A stretch of DNA of 38,881 bases, from positions 124,001 through 162,881 of the forward strand of contig KZ538335.1 in assembly GCA_000934665.2 (NCBI GenBank), given 5' to 3'. Source of the stretch: Catajapyx aquilonaris (lineage: Eukaryota). Positions 38,592-38,881 of this stretch are shown piece after piece. The notes beneath the pieces were generated by a model that was given only the letters and a program-made list of their open reading frames with translations, did no database searches and was not told the origin of the DNA. Position 1 is the first letter of the stretch, and each line of letters starts with the position of its first letter. A program made the translations under genes and the position numbers.

Positions 38592-38881
38592 TAAAGCAGC
38601 CATCAACGGAGTGGGTTAAATGTGCTCTTAAGAGCGCGCTCTAGGCTACGCTATTCATTGTTGCGGGTAGCCCGTCGCGGGCCAGCCCGTGAGTTTGACA
38701 CTTCTTCCTCTCGCTGTCACGGCCGCAAATATGGAGGTATCGGCATGAAACTGGAGTATCTGGACGCGAAAGGGTTGTACTTTAAGATGGTGCGCTTATT
38801 TTTCTCCTGGGGCGATATTTGCGGCCGCCGCGGCCAGATACAGTTTTTTATTTTGACCCGCAATAACTTCTTTCCATGTCG

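Overview
This is eukaryotic DNA, most likely from an arthropod, judging by the many ~55-70 nt GT-AG introns and a Snakeskin-family gene. The right half (19.5-38.9 kb) is a gene-dense block of six spliced genes that I could assemble exon by exon: TMEM147 (+), DCAF8 (-), a compact ANKS3 (+), a Snakeskin/MARVEL-type 4-TM gene (+), PCMT1 (-) and the 3' part of TANGO1/MIA3 (-). The left half alternates clean sequence with homopolymer-inflated, error-rich patches. It holds frameshifted fragments of a probable cadherin-repeat gene (-) and a probable unidentified minus-strand gene divergent from TMEM147. Small mobile elements are abundant: a tRNA-headed SINE with an internal minisatellite, a Deu/Nin-like SINE fragment, and several MITEs, including a stack of four and a nested pair. 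I found no convincing new multi-gene system. The best leads are the MITE stack and nesting, the SINE-born minisatellite, the hidden cadherin and unidentified genes, the divergent Ssk-like and minimal ANKS3 proteins, and TANGO1 micro-exons. Family assignments come from my recall of motifs, not from database searches.
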